Shown here in pieces: positions 11,144 through 22,715 of a stretch of 64,000 nucleotides of DNA. Below the pieces are notes generated by a model. The model worked only from the letters and a program-made list of their open reading frames with translations, was not told where the DNA came from and made no database searches. Source of the DNA: Histomonas meleagridis 2922-C6/04-290x (lineage: Eukaryota > Protista > Parabasalia); the NCBI GenBank assembly GCA_020184695.1, contig JAANOX010000095.1:1-64000 (forward strand), written 5' to 3'. Both the position numbers and the translations under genes were made by a program. Positions within the stretch are counted from its first letter, which is position 1. Each line of letters begins with the position of its first letter.

Positions 11144-12058
11144 TCATTGATTCCTTTTCCTCTTTTTGCCAAGTAAATGATGTGGTACATTTGGATTTGC
11201 CTTACCAAACCCATACTCTGGTGGCGGTCTGCTCTTCTTTCTTGGCTCAAAGAACGTATGTCCATCCGGCGCGTTTTTCTTTAGTGATCTCGCGCCGCCA
11301 GTCCACGCGTACTTTCTTCGCGCTTCCATTAGCATGTCCTCACTAAGGACGAGACGTGGCTTCTGATGTTTCCCTCCACGATTAGTTGGAATAGAATATT
11401 TTTTGCCGCGCGTTGTGGGCTCGAAACGCTTCGGAAGTGGAAGTTCGTGATCGCCATCTGCGCGTGTGACCAAAGCGTATCTAACGAGCTCATGTTGGCC
11501 GCATTCAGGACAAAACTCTTTTGTGGCATCAAGTGTTTCAGCACCACATGCTGAACATCTCATGAGCCATCGTTTAACTTCGGCAATTCGTTGGCCAGTT
11601 GGAGAAACAACATGTATACCCATGACAACTGCAATACATTGCATGGTCGCATCACCAGTACAAAGAATAACATGAGCTGTATCATTGATTTTGCCGAAGT
11701 TGTCAACAGTGATCCATTGATCAAATCCGTTGTTGAAGCTTGTGTCTTCTTCAGTTTTATCAGGTGGTTGCATATCAAGTGATAAAGCAATTAAACGCAT
11801 ATCGGTCTGACTTAAGAGATTTATATTACCTGATTCTGTGGCACATTCAACAACTGCATTATATGATTCTTTAGATGGTTCACGGATAATAATGTCATGT
11901 GATACTTTGATGCGTTCAAGATTCTCACGAGACCTTTGATCTCTGACTTCATTCAATGCATCTTGTGTTGTGTAGATTTTTTGTGGGGCTTGAATGGTTG
12001 TGTTCCCTTCAATGAAAAAATTTGCATCAGCTATAAAAATAGTTTGGTTGTCGTCCAT
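11144..12058 (-). CDS. NOB1: 20S pre-rRNA D-site endonuclease NOB1
   Basis: PIN domain (IFIADANFFI, LSQTDMRLIAL, CTGDATMQ) plus Zn ribbon KRWLMRCSAC...FCPECG. Confidence 0.93.
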   Translation of the reverse strand: MDDNQTIFIADANFFIEGNTTIQAPQKIYTTQDALNEVRDQRSRENLERIKVSHDIIIREPSKESYNAVVECATESGNINLLSQTDMRLIALSLDMQPPDKTEEDTSFNNGFDQWITVDNFGKINDTAHVILCTGDATMQCIAVVMGIHVVSPTGQRIAEVKRWLMRCSACGAETLDATKEFCPECGQHELVRYALVTRADGDHELPLPKRFEPTTRGKKYSIPTNRGGKHQKPRLVLSEDMLMEARRKYAWTGGARSLKKNAPDGHTFFEPRKKSRPPPEYGFGKANPNVPHHLLGKKRKRNQ

Positions 12059-12271
12059 CTGCAAGACCACAAAGATTCAAAACTTTTTCAATGATTTATA
12101 AAACCAAAGAGAACGTTTAAAAAATGCTTCGTCCAAATCCATATATATTGTTCTTATTATATGATTAATCTAAAACATTAGAATAATGAGTGGTTAAAAT
12201 AATTTTTTTTGAGGTATTTTCATTGTTGGTATACTTAAATTTAATTAGAGAATATTTGTTAAACTTAGATT

Positions 12272-12724
12272 TTACTGTTTAGATGAGGAAGTAGAACGGC
12301 GAGTGCAGCATTCACGGAATTCAGTCAATGATTCAAATAACTTTTGAATTTCATCGGTAGTTTCCATCCAAAATTCTTGTGGAGATGAAGTTGTAGAAAA
12401 TGTAATTCTTACTAAGAAGTGATCCTTTTCATCAACTTCATAAGACTTTATCATATTACCTCGAGATTCAAAAACTGTTCCTTCAAATCCTCCCTTAATA
12501 CTCATTCTTTTACGGTAGAAATCAAGCTGAAGAGTTCTCTTTACGTTTCCAACAATGAATTGCTTCTGGGTTATATCAAAAGAAAGAATATGAGTTCCAA
12601 GCTTGTCTGTTGGTCTTTCATAAAGATCTAATGTTTGAGATGAGATTTTAGATCCTTCAAGTGCCTTTTCTGCGTTGAATGCGTCCGGAAAAGGGACAAA
12701 GGGACAGGTCTTCATCATCGTCAT
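12272..12724 (-). CDS. Hypothetical 150-aa protein, possibly PH-like fold
   Basis: ATG-initiated ORF with a beta-strand-rich pattern and C-terminal helix; no firm family. Confidence 0.6.
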   Translation of the reverse strand: MTMMKTCPFVPFPDAFNAEKALEGSKISSQTLDLYERPTDKLGTHILSFDITQKQFIVGNVKRTLQLDFYRKRMSIKGGFEGTVFESRGNMIKSYEVDEKDHFLVRITFSTTSSPQEFWMETTDEIQKLFESLTEFRECCTRRSTSSSKQ

Positions 12725-12958
12725 TTTGTTACAATGAAATCAAGAGAAAACTTGTGCCAGTAAAAATTGAATAAAACAATATGACATTTTTATTTATTAT
12801 CAAATATGGATAAAAAACGTTTAAAAGTAAGAAAACCGTTTTGTTTCCATGTCATCCTTTTCTTTTACGCAAAGAGCAGTTTTGCTCACAATTTGTAACC
12901 GTTTGCAACACAAAAAAAGCGCTTTTTGTACATCTTTCTGGCCAGAAAAGATTTATAA

Positions 12959-14239
12959 ATGAGTTCTGAAGCATTATTCGAGATATTTGATCCTTCACTT
13001 AATGTACATTATGAAAATGGAAAATACCTTACATTTACATCACCAGTTGAAATTTCACAACAAACAAAAGATGGAATGCGTGCGATTCAAGACAACGCAT
13101 GTAGTGTTATTATCGCTCCAAAGAAAGGCGCTAACAAGGTGTTTCAACTTAGAGGAGGAAATGAGCAACAACGTTTTGATATGCTTAAATATGTTTTATC
13201 TCATACATTAGATAAAAAAGGCAAACCTTTATTTGATCAAAAAGTCCTTCCATTTCCATTGAAATATATGAAGTACATGTGTTATGGAATCACCAATTCT
13301 ACTACTTCAGATGATTTAAAGAATCCAGAATTTTCTAATTTAAACATTGAAAAATGGAGTAAAATTCAGCCACGTAAGAACCTTGAATTAGCTGATTTCA
13401 CACTTCCACTTACTCTTGATTTTATATATGCATCAATAATTCTATCGTTATTTGCAAGTGAAGAAGATAATGCCAAATTTGATGATCTGAAACGCGATGA
13501 AGAACTTGACAAAAAGATTATTATCGAGCTTAACATTCCAATCCGTTTACCAGTTGCTGTCAAACGAATTCCTGGCTACAAATATGAATTTACTTTTGCT
13601 AAATACAATGACTATGAAGCGCAAGAAATATGTGATCAAATTGAGAAGCTCATTATTCCCACACTTAAGAAATATTCCGTATTATCTGTAATCTATTCAA
13701 ACGTTGATCAAGCCGAGAAAGGACCCATTAAAGAAAAGATGTCATCACTTAACAACATTGACTTAGTTGTTGTTCAGGATGAGCCTACATTCGAAGAAGA
13801 CCTTGCAAAGTCATATGTCATATTCATTTCACATGACATGTCAGAGGAAATCAAAGAAAAGCTGAAACAAATATCGACCGAATATTTCGAAATAATTCGG
13901 CTCTGCCAATGCTCGAGGTGCCATTGTTTTTACTCTCCGACTCAATCTGGTGAAGCATGTATCACTGGTGCACATGAAGGTCATCAAATACCATTTGAAA
14001 ATGGCGATATGGAAGTGTTTGATTGCAATGATGAAACTGGTGAAGAAGAAATATATATTAAAATGTCATGTTGCGATGAAATACCGAAGAAGTACATGAA
14101 TGACCCTGATTTTTGCTGCAAGAAGATAAACAACGGAGATCACATCGAGGAACAAAACCCACAAGCAAAGTCTGAAATTGAGTTCATTGATCACATTCCT
14201 GATGTAACTGAAAGTATTGATAATGCACCCAGTGAGTAA
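12959..14239 (+). CDS. Hypothetical 426-aa protein with Cys/His cluster near the C-terminus
   Basis: Long ATG-initiated ORF; CQCSRCHC...C...H cluster. Confidence 0.75.
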   Translation: MSSEALFEIFDPSLNVHYENGKYLTFTSPVEISQQTKDGMRAIQDNACSVIIAPKKGANKVFQLRGGNEQQRFDMLKYVLSHTLDKKGKPLFDQKVLPFPLKYMKYMCYGITNSTTSDDLKNPEFSNLNIEKWSKIQPRKNLELADFTLPLTLDFIYASIILSLFASEEDNAKFDDLKRDEELDKKIIIELNIPIRLPVAVKRIPGYKYEFTFAKYNDYEAQEICDQIEKLIIPTLKKYSVLSVIYSNVDQAEKGPIKEKMSSLNNIDLVVVQDEPTFEEDLAKSYVIFISHDMSEEIKEKLKQISTEYFEIIRLCQCSRCHCFYSPTQSGEACITGAHEGHQIPFENGDMEVFDCNDETGEEEIYIKMSCCDEIPKKYMNDPDFCCKKINNGDHIEEQNPQAKSEIEFIDHIPDVTESIDNAPSE

Positions 14240-14471
14240 ACAAACAAATTTTTTTTATTAAATTAATTTTTCGGTACCATCAACAACTATTATTGTCGTT
14301 TGTTATTTCGATATCTTATTAAACCAATTCCATGGAATGTAGTAAATTGTATGTAGTAAATACAGATTTATGCGGAGTTAAATGTTGAAGAATCAAACAA
14401 TTTTTTTGATTAATGATTAGACATAGAACACAAACAACAAATAAACATTTTTCTTATTGCAGGTGATTTAT

Positions 14472-15356
14472 TTAAACATTTTGTGATGAACTATTGTGAC
14501 TCTGTGTTACTGGAGGCTGAGCGAGTAAAAACTCACCATGATCAGTTGCAAGTTCGAGTAGCGACATTCTCTGTAATGAATACAGATTGATATGAGAAAA
14601 GTGACACGGAACGGGGGGCACCAATTTTGGCGGTGGGAAAATTGATGGGAAAATCTTGGCTATGTTGGGAAAGAGAGAATAATTTGGGGGCTTTGGTTTG
14701 TTAACCTTCTTACGTAGTATTGATGGTTGGTGGTCAATCTCTTGGGAATTTATAATTATATCTGTAGAACGAATTTCTCTATGGATCTTGAGACATTGTT
14801 TTTTATTGCTACAAGTATTCCCACGGAGAGCATGTGGACATCTTTCAACAATTGAAATAGTCGCCTGGAGTCGATCCTGACCAAGAACATAATCATCAAG
14901 AGCCATAACGCATGAATCTGCAGATTGCTTACTTTTAAACTTGACAAAAACAGAAGGTGATTGGGATTGAATAATGAGCTTATTTGACGGATGATTTGAT
15001 ATGGAAATCTTTGAAATTTTTCCATATTGCCCTAAATACTCTGGTTTTACAAGAGTTTCTTTTGAGAGTAATTCAGACGGAATTCCAATAATTTGAACGA
15101 TTTTGGAAGAAAGATAATAAACTGGAGTTGATTGATCACTATTTGTGCTAACAGGCCTATATTGTTCACCAACTCGCTTAGATGCATTTGCATCATATGG
15201 TCTTCTGCAATACGGACATTTAGGCTCTTTTTCTTCCAGAAGCCGATTAAAACAGAAACCACAAACCTGGTAACCGCATGGACATGGATAAAACTCATAT
15301 TCTCCGTCTGTTAAATTGCTTATACATAGAGGACATAATTTTTCTGGTTTGCTCAT
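14472..15356 (-). CDS. CNOT4: CCR4-NOT subunit 4 E3 ligase (C4C4 RING, RRM, CCCH)
   Basis: CPLC...FYPCPCGYQVCGFCF...CPYCRRPY; RRM EYLGQYGKISKISI; C-x7-C-x5-C-x3-H. Confidence 0.92.
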   Translation of the reverse strand: MSKPEKLCPLCISNLTDGEYEFYPCPCGYQVCGFCFNRLLEEKEPKCPYCRRPYDANASKRVGEQYRPVSTNSDQSTPVYYLSSKIVQIIGIPSELLSKETLVKPEYLGQYGKISKISISNHPSNKLIIQSQSPSVFVKFKSKQSADSCVMALDDYVLGQDRLQATISIVERCPHALRGNTCSNKKQCLKIHREIRSTDIIINSQEIDHQPSILRKKVNKPKPPNYSLFPNIAKIFPSIFPPPKLVPPVPCHFSHINLYSLQRMSLLELATDHGEFLLAQPPVTQSHNSSSQNV

Positions 15357-16199
15357 TTGTGGCTATTTTCGTCACTTTTTAATAATCAGCATTTTGTAAA
15401 AAAAATTTGTTTTGAAGCTTCTAGTTTTTCAAAATCATATTTAGCACCAAATGATTGCTTTTTTAAGAGGAAGAGAGAAACTTATGAAAGATGACTGTTT
15501 AAGATGAAGATTTAAATTCGAAAAAATCTGAACTTTTATCACAAACGAGTGAAAAAGCATTATATATGAGTTACCGAGTGATGCCTAAATGATACTTGCG
15601 TTCAAAAAATCTGTTTTTTTTAACTTTCAAATTGATTCAGTATCATGATCATAAGCTTGCTAATAATATGCAATCCACCAATGATTTTTATTGAAAAATT
15701 CAAAATTATTTTAAAACATATTTAATGATATCTTCAAAATGTAAGATAATTTTTTTTCTTTTTTAAGTTTTTCTGAATCCCAATTTTCTAACTTCAAAAT
15801 CTCTTTTTTACAATCAATTTTTTTACATTAAAAACATCTTTTTTATTATGCATGATTTTCGGATCTTATAGAATTATCAATGATAAAAACACCAAAATAA
15901 ATTAGTACATACTACAAATCACACGTTTTTAATTTAAAATAATTGATTTTTGGGAAAAAATGTTCAATTTGGTGGCAGCATATCAACAACGGTTTACGCT
16001 AGAATTCAATTCAATATTTCACTTTTTCAGTGAAATAAGATTTTTCAGGGAGTATAACATGTTTTACTATTTTAAAAAATTTCTCATTACAAAAAAAGCT
16101 CATATATTAAACATAGTTTTATATGTACTGGATAACAAAGTTCAGTTTCATGAAGACTAATCAGATAAAATAAATTCAACACAGAAATGGAGCTGGTTA

Positions 16200-16211
16200 T
16201 TTGGCGCCAAA
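16200..16211. promoter_or_regulatory. Perfect palindrome TTTGGCGCCAAA (E2F-consensus-like) upstream of the cyclin gene
   Basis: Matches TTTSSCGC on both strands, 85 nt before the cyclin ATG, in very AT-rich DNA. Confidence 0.4.
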
Positions 16212-16296
16212 AATTCCAACACACAAATTTCAAAGCTTTATTCAATTTTCATTTTATTTATGAATTCAAAAAGCTAAAAACCCCGGGGTAGTTTTT

Positions 16297-17274
16297 ATGA
16301 ACGTTTTTCGAACTAATAACACCCAAGTTCATGGAATCTACAAATGGATCGACTCTAACTCAGATGGGTCGAGCGATGGTGAGTCAAATGATCAATCAAG
16401 CAATTTTGAATCCGATTCAAATGAAAATTTTGATTCAATATTAATACAATTCAATCCAACAACACTAGAGATAAAGAAAATACCATACTCAGAAATCATG
16501 CTCGAGAAAAATCGTATCAAAGATCGATATCAAAAATTCAACATAAATTACTTAGATAACGTTCAAAAGGATCTTAAATCTCCAGATAGAAACAACAGCG
16601 TGGAGTGGATAATCCACATTGGGTTTCGGCTAAGACTTAATGATTTTTCTATATGCATGGCAATCAAACTATTTGATAATTTATTATCTACAAAGCCTTT
16701 AAACAGAAATGATCTTGAACTTGAATGCGCAACTCTATTATTAATTGAAGCCAAGGCAAATGAGCCTAACAATTTGTCAATTGTTAGTAAGATAATCAAC
16801 TTGACAACAAATATAACAGATGAAATGCTTCTTGAAAATGAAATAATGATATTCCAGCACACCAACTATAATGTTTTTGTTATAACTCCTCTTGATTTTA
16901 TCCAATATTACTTTAGCATAATCATTGATTTACCACTTTCAGATAGCTCACAGAATCTTTTTGAGAACACTCGATTCTTTTTATTCTGTTCTCTTTCATT
17001 AGAGTTTTGTTGCAAGTATACATGTGAGGAAATTGCACTTGCATGTATTTTAGTTGCATCTGTCATCACACCAGAAACAAAAGTCAGGATATCAAACTTA
17101 ACGTTCAACATAAACTGTGCGGGGGACGTTTACACATCCGTCAACACAGTCATCAACGATACAACGTCGATCCTATTTTCTTATTTTTCAGAGAGAATCC
17201 AAATGATCCAAAATTATTTTAAAATTTCTCGTGAAGAGTTCATGAACATATGTCAAAAACATCTGGGTGGCTAA
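16297..17274 (+). CDS. Cyclin-domain protein
   Basis: Cyclin box RNNSVEWIIHI...FSICMAIKLFD...LELECATLLLIEAKANE...LLENEIMIF...ITPLDFI. Confidence 0.85.
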   Translation: MNVFRTNNTQVHGIYKWIDSNSDGSSDGESNDQSSNFESDSNENFDSILIQFNPTTLEIKKIPYSEIMLEKNRIKDRYQKFNINYLDNVQKDLKSPDRNNSVEWIIHIGFRLRLNDFSICMAIKLFDNLLSTKPLNRNDLELECATLLLIEAKANEPNNLSIVSKIINLTTNITDEMLLENEIMIFQHTNYNVFVITPLDFIQYYFSIIIDLPLSDSSQNLFENTRFFLFCSLSLEFCCKYTCEEIALACILVASVITPETKVRISNLTFNINCAGDVYTSVNTVINDTTSILFSYFSERIQMIQNYFKISREEFMNICQKHLGG

Positions 17275-17777
17275 CATTTTTTAATATATCACATACTTTT
17301 ACAGACCAAACAACTTTTTTTTTTAATTGTTTGGTATAGTCTGGTCAATTAATTATTCAGGTGAAACCAACAAAAATTTTTGTTTAAACTAGCAAAAGTT
17401 GTAAATTTGTTTTTCAGTAAAATTTGTTCTTTCTTGAATTTATTTTTTGCATTAATCAATCAAACTCACATGCTGTGATTTTTGTTTAGAGAAACAATTT
17501 ATTTTTCGTTTTATGAAATTTGTCAGAAATCTATTACTTTAGCAAGGTATTTCATGACATAACTCATTAATGATAAATATTGATTTCTTGATTTCTGTAA
17601 TATGTTTTACGTGTAAAGTTGCATAATGCATAATCCAAATTTTACAACATGTGCTGATAAATGTTTTAGAATGGTTTACACACAAACAAATGAATACTCC
17701 AGCGGATACAACTTCCATTCAATTTTGATCTCTAAACTTTTCAAAAAGTATTTTCAGATGCGGTCAAAAAAAGTTAA

Positions 17778-18500
17778 ATGATCAGACAGAGATTAGGCGA
17801 AAACATTAGCAGCTTAGTCAAGGCACTTGGGGCTTCTTTGATCTTGTTTGCAATTTCCTTTTTAATTTCTGGCGGATGGGACATTTATTCATATTTAAAA
17901 GTCAACAATAATTTCTGGAAAACTATCAATTTTGGGAAAGAAACATATGTATGTGTAGTTGTAACACTTTCAACATGCGCTGCAACATTTGCATTAATTA
18001 TATTTATATGCGTATTATTGTATTGCAGTAGTCATTATGTCTTCTTTCATTTTTTGTTTATCATACTTTGTGTTATCTCTGTCCTTGGCGATTTTGTTTT
18101 TCTCGTTATCCAAATTATTATATCAGCACAATCCCCAGAGTCGAATATTGCAAATGATTTATATGGAACATTAAACCAAACAACTCCATCACAAATAGCA
18201 ATTCAATGGATGAATGAAAATAATTGTTCACAAAACATAGAAACTTGTAAAGATCCATTATCTCAATTTGTTCATCAAAGGTGGACAATATGTTTATACG
18301 GTGCAATTGCAAAGATTGCATTATCTGGTTTGCCGCTAATTGCATTTATTATTGTTTTGATTCTCATGGGATGTTCAAAACAAGATCCAACAAGCGATGA
18401 CATAACAAATATTCCTTCAGACTTCAATTATCTTGAACAAGCACTTGTAAGTACAGGAAAAGCTGTTACTTCAAGTTTGAATAGTGCATTAATTAGATAA
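17778..18500 (+). CDS. Four-transmembrane, tetraspanin-like protein
   Basis: Three N-terminal hydrophobic helices, a large loop with two Cys, then a fourth helix. Confidence 0.6.
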   Translation: MIRQRLGENISSLVKALGASLILFAISFLISGGWDIYSYLKVNNNFWKTINFGKETYVCVVVTLSTCAATFALIIFICVLLYCSSHYVFFHFLFIILCVISVLGDFVFLVIQIIISAQSPESNIANDLYGTLNQTTPSQIAIQWMNENNCSQNIETCKDPLSQFVHQRWTICLYGAIAKIALSGLPLIAFIIVLILMGCSKQDPTSDDITNIPSDFNYLEQALVSTGKAVTSSLNSALIR

Positions 18501-18805
18501 TCATCTTTATAAAGAATTTTATATTTTTTGTTATTTAATTTTCCTCACTAATTTTAAATAGTTTATATTTTCGTAACATTATACAAAAAGTTGACGATAA
18601 GAACAGAATTATTCGCTCAAAAAAAAAAAAAATTTAAAGTCAACATTTAGTTCTTCTTTTTTAACGCAAAACTTTAGAATTTGGAAATTTTATTTCCAAA
18701 TCTTCTTTAATACGATCACTGATTTTTTTATGCATTATGAAATTTTGATTTAACAATTCCATAAAAATCACATAACTTTCAATAAGACTTCATAATTCTT
18801 GTTAT

Positions 18806-19726
18806 TTATTGAATTTGTTGAATATCAAAGAACTCTGCTTTCCCGTTTTCCTTTAGCAGCTTTTTCACAAACGCCGTTAGTTCGTTTGTCACTGTCATTC
18901 TCATCTTTTTGTTGCTCAACTGCTTCGTTCCATCTGTGATAGCTTTGTTTAGCGCATATTGAACAAAAACGCCAACTTTCTTCTTCTGTTCCATCTGTTC
19001 CTTCTCCATAACAGCTTCAGCTTCATCAAGGAGCGAAACAAGCTTCTTCTGGAGGCCTTCGATTTCCTTCTTTTGCTTATCTAAAACTTGTCTGATAATT
19101 TTCGAATATTTCATTTCAACTTTTTCTTGTCGCTCTTCACCTTGTTGTACTTGGAGAGAGTCAGCTTGAGCCTTAGTCTTCATTGCATCCTCGATTTCGT
19201 CTACTGAAGCGAGTTTCTGTGATTGGCGCCAAAGATCATAAACTTCTTGGGAAACTCTCCTTTTTTCACGGAGCTTCTCCACCTCTTTCTCTGTTTCTAT
19301 GTCTGTAAGTTCTTCAATGTGACGAGCTTTCATCTGCTCAAATGTATTTTCCGTATCTACTCTGATTCGTTTTTCAAACTCACGTGAATCACGAACTGCA
19401 TCTTCTTGGTTCTTATCATAGTTTTCAATTACTTTTGTAATTTCATCACGAAGCCATTTTTGGAATGATTCAATTACTTTTCCTGTATTATCTGTTCTTT
19501 GTAACTCAATGTATGTTTGAATTTTGCTTGATTTATCATAATCATATTCGTATATCATGTCTTTTTTAAGCTTACGAAGTTCTTCGAAGCTTTTTCCGAT
19601 AACTTCAGGAATCTCTTCCTCAATCTGAGACTTCAATGTTGCCTCATCTACTTCTTGTTTTTTTGATTTTTGTAATTTGGCTTTTCCTGATATAATTGAA
19701 GTTCTTGAAGGTGAGCGATCGCTCAT
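18806..19726 (-). CDS. Hypothetical coiled-coil protein
   Basis: 306-aa E/K/Q-rich ORF with ATG start. Confidence 0.8.
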   Translation of the reverse strand: MSDRSPSRTSIISGKAKLQKSKKQEVDEATLKSQIEEEIPEVIGKSFEELRKLKKDMIYEYDYDKSSKIQTYIELQRTDNTGKVIESFQKWLRDEITKVIENYDKNQEDAVRDSREFEKRIRVDTENTFEQMKARHIEELTDIETEKEVEKLREKRRVSQEVYDLWRQSQKLASVDEIEDAMKTKAQADSLQVQQGEERQEKVEMKYSKIIRQVLDKQKKEIEGLQKKLVSLLDEAEAVMEKEQMEQKKKVGVFVQYALNKAITDGTKQLSNKKMRMTVTNELTAFVKKLLKENGKAEFFDIQQIQ

Positions 19727-20274
19727 TCCGACAATATATAAACGGACATAGTCAATTCAAAAAGTGTCGAGACAAACACGAAAAATATTATTTTACATGC
19801 ATATTCAAGTATACTTAGGGAAGATGCTTCGAAGCCTTTCTTGTTGGAAAGTGTTTTATAACCAATAATGATAAAAAACTACTTAAATTACGTTGATATC
19901 TTTTTTTAATTAAAACTAATTCTATACCCTGTGGAAGCTTTTACCGAAAATCTAATTTGATTTAAATGCACACCATATATTTTTCATTTTAACTTTTGTA
20001 TGCATGAAAAAGGAAATTTTTCATGATTATAATCATGTTTTGTTTTACTAACGAACATTCTTTGATGACAAGCAAATGATTAAATCCTTATAAATTTGGG
20101 AAAATTTAAAATAATGCATATAATTAATGTTAATTTATTTATTATATAATAATCCTGGATTTAATTTAAAGGCTTTGGTTAGTTCAACTCTTGTATGAGT
20201 TTTATTAATCTTAATCAAATAAAAATATTTGTAAAAAATTAATTTGAAGATAATATATTTAATAAAAAAAATTG

Positions 20275-20868
20275 TTAGATGGGTTCTAAATTGAACCTAC
20301 TCATTAAAAATGGAATTGATGCTATTTGCTTATCAAAAATCTGATGATCAATATCAGATAAATCATAAAATGGCACTGCACGAAGTGAATATTTTGATGA
20401 AATTTCAAAAAATCCATTTTCAGGAAGCGTCACAAGATACCATCTTTCAACTTCTTTCGGAACAGTTACATGTACAGGAAGATAAGGGAAAAGTTGATCA
20501 GTAAATTGAGGACGATACCAAATTGCTAATAATTCGTTTATTTCGTAAGAGCCTTCAACCAAATTCATCTTTTTAGAAAGGAGTCTTAGGACCCCACTTT
20601 CGTCATCTTCTCCTGGTCCTAATTTTCCACCAGGAACTACAATAGATTTATCTATCTTTTTCTCTAATAGAAGCACATGAGGGTGTTTATGAATATGAAC
20701 CAAAACAACTGCTCGAACTGAGTTAATTGTTCCAAATGATGGAAACAGTAATCGAATTCTTTCGACTTTATCTGGCTTTATTTCGCCCATGTCATCTTCG
20801 CTAAAATCATTTGAACCAGAACCACAAGTAAATTTGTAGAGATCAGGGATTTTAACAGGAATTTGCAT
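20275..20868 (-). CDS. NUDT21: Cleavage factor Im 25 kDa subunit
   Basis: VRAVVLVHIHKHPHVLLL, PGGKLGPGEDD, WYRPQF...PYLPVHVTVPKE are CFIm25 signatures. Confidence 0.93.
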   Translation of the reverse strand: MQIPVKIPDLYKFTCGSGSNDFSEDDMGEIKPDKVERIRLLFPSFGTINSVRAVVLVHIHKHPHVLLLEKKIDKSIVVPGGKLGPGEDDESGVLRLLSKKMNLVEGSYEINELLAIWYRPQFTDQLFPYLPVHVTVPKEVERWYLVTLPENGFFEISSKYSLRAVPFYDLSDIDHQIFDKQIASIPFLMSRFNLEPI

Positions 20869-20910
20869 TCGGTGAAATCAAACAAAGTGAAATGTGATGT
20901 GAAAATTTTC

Positions 20911-21483
20911 ATGGCTTCTGTTTTTTCCGAACTAAAGGAGATTATCTCATCAATTGAAAGTGTTAATGATCCAGACAATCTGATAATTGATGTTGTTTCT
21001 AAAATGAGCGAAATCAACGAGTTATTCATTGAAATTTCGATCAAAAAAGGAAAACATTTAAAAGAACTCCAAAATATAAATGAGAAAATAAGGCACAAGT
21101 ACAACGAATATGAAGAGAAACTACACTTATGTCAAACTCTTGCTGATGAAAATGTTTCAAACGAATTCAATATTGATCCTAACAAGCTTAAGCTGAGACC
21201 TGTAGAAGATTTTATAAGAGAGAAAGGCCTTACAGAGGAAATAATGCAGCATTTAACAAAAGAAGAGTTTTTAATAGAACGAATGAAATATGAAGTCAAT
21301 CAAATCGAAATGAAGAAAAATGAATATAATAAAATAGCAGAACAAAAGGTGGCCCTTCAAGAACAGCTAAAGGTTGCACAAAATAAATTTGGAGTCTTTT
21401 TAGTCAAAATGCAGAAGATGTACCAAGAAGTTATGAGCTTTAAACAAAAGCTTGATGAGGATTCTGCTTATCCCCAAAATTAA
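20911..21483 (+). CDS. THO complex subunit 5 (FMIP)-like N-terminal domain protein
   Basis: Coiled coil followed by LKLRPVEDF...FLIERMKYEV...K..L pattern resembling THOC5; ATG at 20911. Confidence 0.5.
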   Translation: MASVFSELKEIISSIESVNDPDNLIIDVVSKMSEINELFIEISIKKGKHLKELQNINEKIRHKYNEYEEKLHLCQTLADENVSNEFNIDPNKLKLRPVEDFIREKGLTEEIMQHLTKEEFLIERMKYEVNQIEMKKNEYNKIAEQKVALQEQLKVAQNKFGVFLVKMQKMYQEVMSFKQKLDEDSAYPQN

Positions 21484-22082
21484 TTGAGAATGAATATGAT
21501 AAATATAATTTTTTTTTCGAAACATAAATGTATTTTTACTGTTTATCTTATACTGAAGCAATTACTTTAAACAATACGTTTTTTTGATATATATAAAGGC
21601 AATTTTTATAAAGACATTTCATTTCATCAGCACATGCTAAGTATTAAAGTACATCATTTATTATTTTTGTAAAGTTTTTTGGGGAACAAAAGCTTTGCCA
21701 TGGCTAAAAAAGAAAAAAGCAGCCAAAGGTTGTGCCATTTTAACCAATTTGGACGATTAAACATTCATAAAGAAAAATCTCTCTGAAATTAGTATTGAAT
21801 TATCTCATCCAACTTACAATTTTTGAATTGATTTTTTCATTTTAAATACTTAACCACAAAGAATCATTCAAAACCCGAAATTAACCACATTTTCATGACA
21901 CTAGATTCAAACATATTTTATCCATTATATACAAACCCAAATCATAAAATATTATAGATTTAATTTTAATATTTTATTTAATAAATTATTTTAGAATATA
22001 AAGTTTGAGAATTGCTTTAATAAGAAGATATTCTCATAAATATGAGTGGTTAAAAATTGAATGAAATCAAATATAATTATAA

Positions 22083-22556
22083 ATGAGCAGACCATTACGT
22101 AAGAACCCATTCTCAGTTGCAGAAGATATCCAAATCTACAACCATGTGTCAAGAAATGGCCCATGCAATTGGGGTTTGATTGCTGCACAACTCTCAAGAA
22201 CACCAAAACAATGTCGTGAAAGATGGAACGGACATTTAAACCCATCTATTAACAAAGGACCTTGGACTCATATGGAAGATTGTATCTTAGCAGAGAAACA
22301 GAGCATCCTTGGAAACAAATGGGCAGAAATTGCAAAATATCTTCCAGGCAGAACAGATACTATTGTTAAAAACAGGTGGAATACTTCTGTTAAACATAGG
22401 CTTGCAGAGTTCCGTAATATTCGAGAACCAAATAACTATCAAGTTAGTCTTGATATTTCAACTTGGCTTGAACAATTCCAGAATGGAAAGCCTGAGTGTC
22501 TTCCTAATTTAATGAATATCACAACATTGGCTCCTTTGATTACACAAAAACAATAA
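22083..22556 (+). CDS. R2R3 Myb transcription factor
   Basis: FSVAED...NWGLIA...RTPKQCRERW...WTHMED...GNKWAEIA...GRTDTIVKNRWN. Confidence 0.95.
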   Translation: MSRPLRKNPFSVAEDIQIYNHVSRNGPCNWGLIAAQLSRTPKQCRERWNGHLNPSINKGPWTHMEDCILAEKQSILGNKWAEIAKYLPGRTDTIVKNRWNTSVKHRLAEFRNIREPNNYQVSLDISTWLEQFQNGKPECLPNLMNITTLAPLITQKQ

Positions 22557-22715
22557 ATTGTTGCCATAAAATAAAGTTACTTAAAATAGGTCTTAAAGTA
22601 AACTATTTCTGTTCTAATTGCAATTTCAATGAACTTTGAAGATCTTTATGTAAATTCTCATTTCAACAATTTCTTAATTAATTAACGTTCTGTAACGGTT
22701 AAAACGTTATAACAA

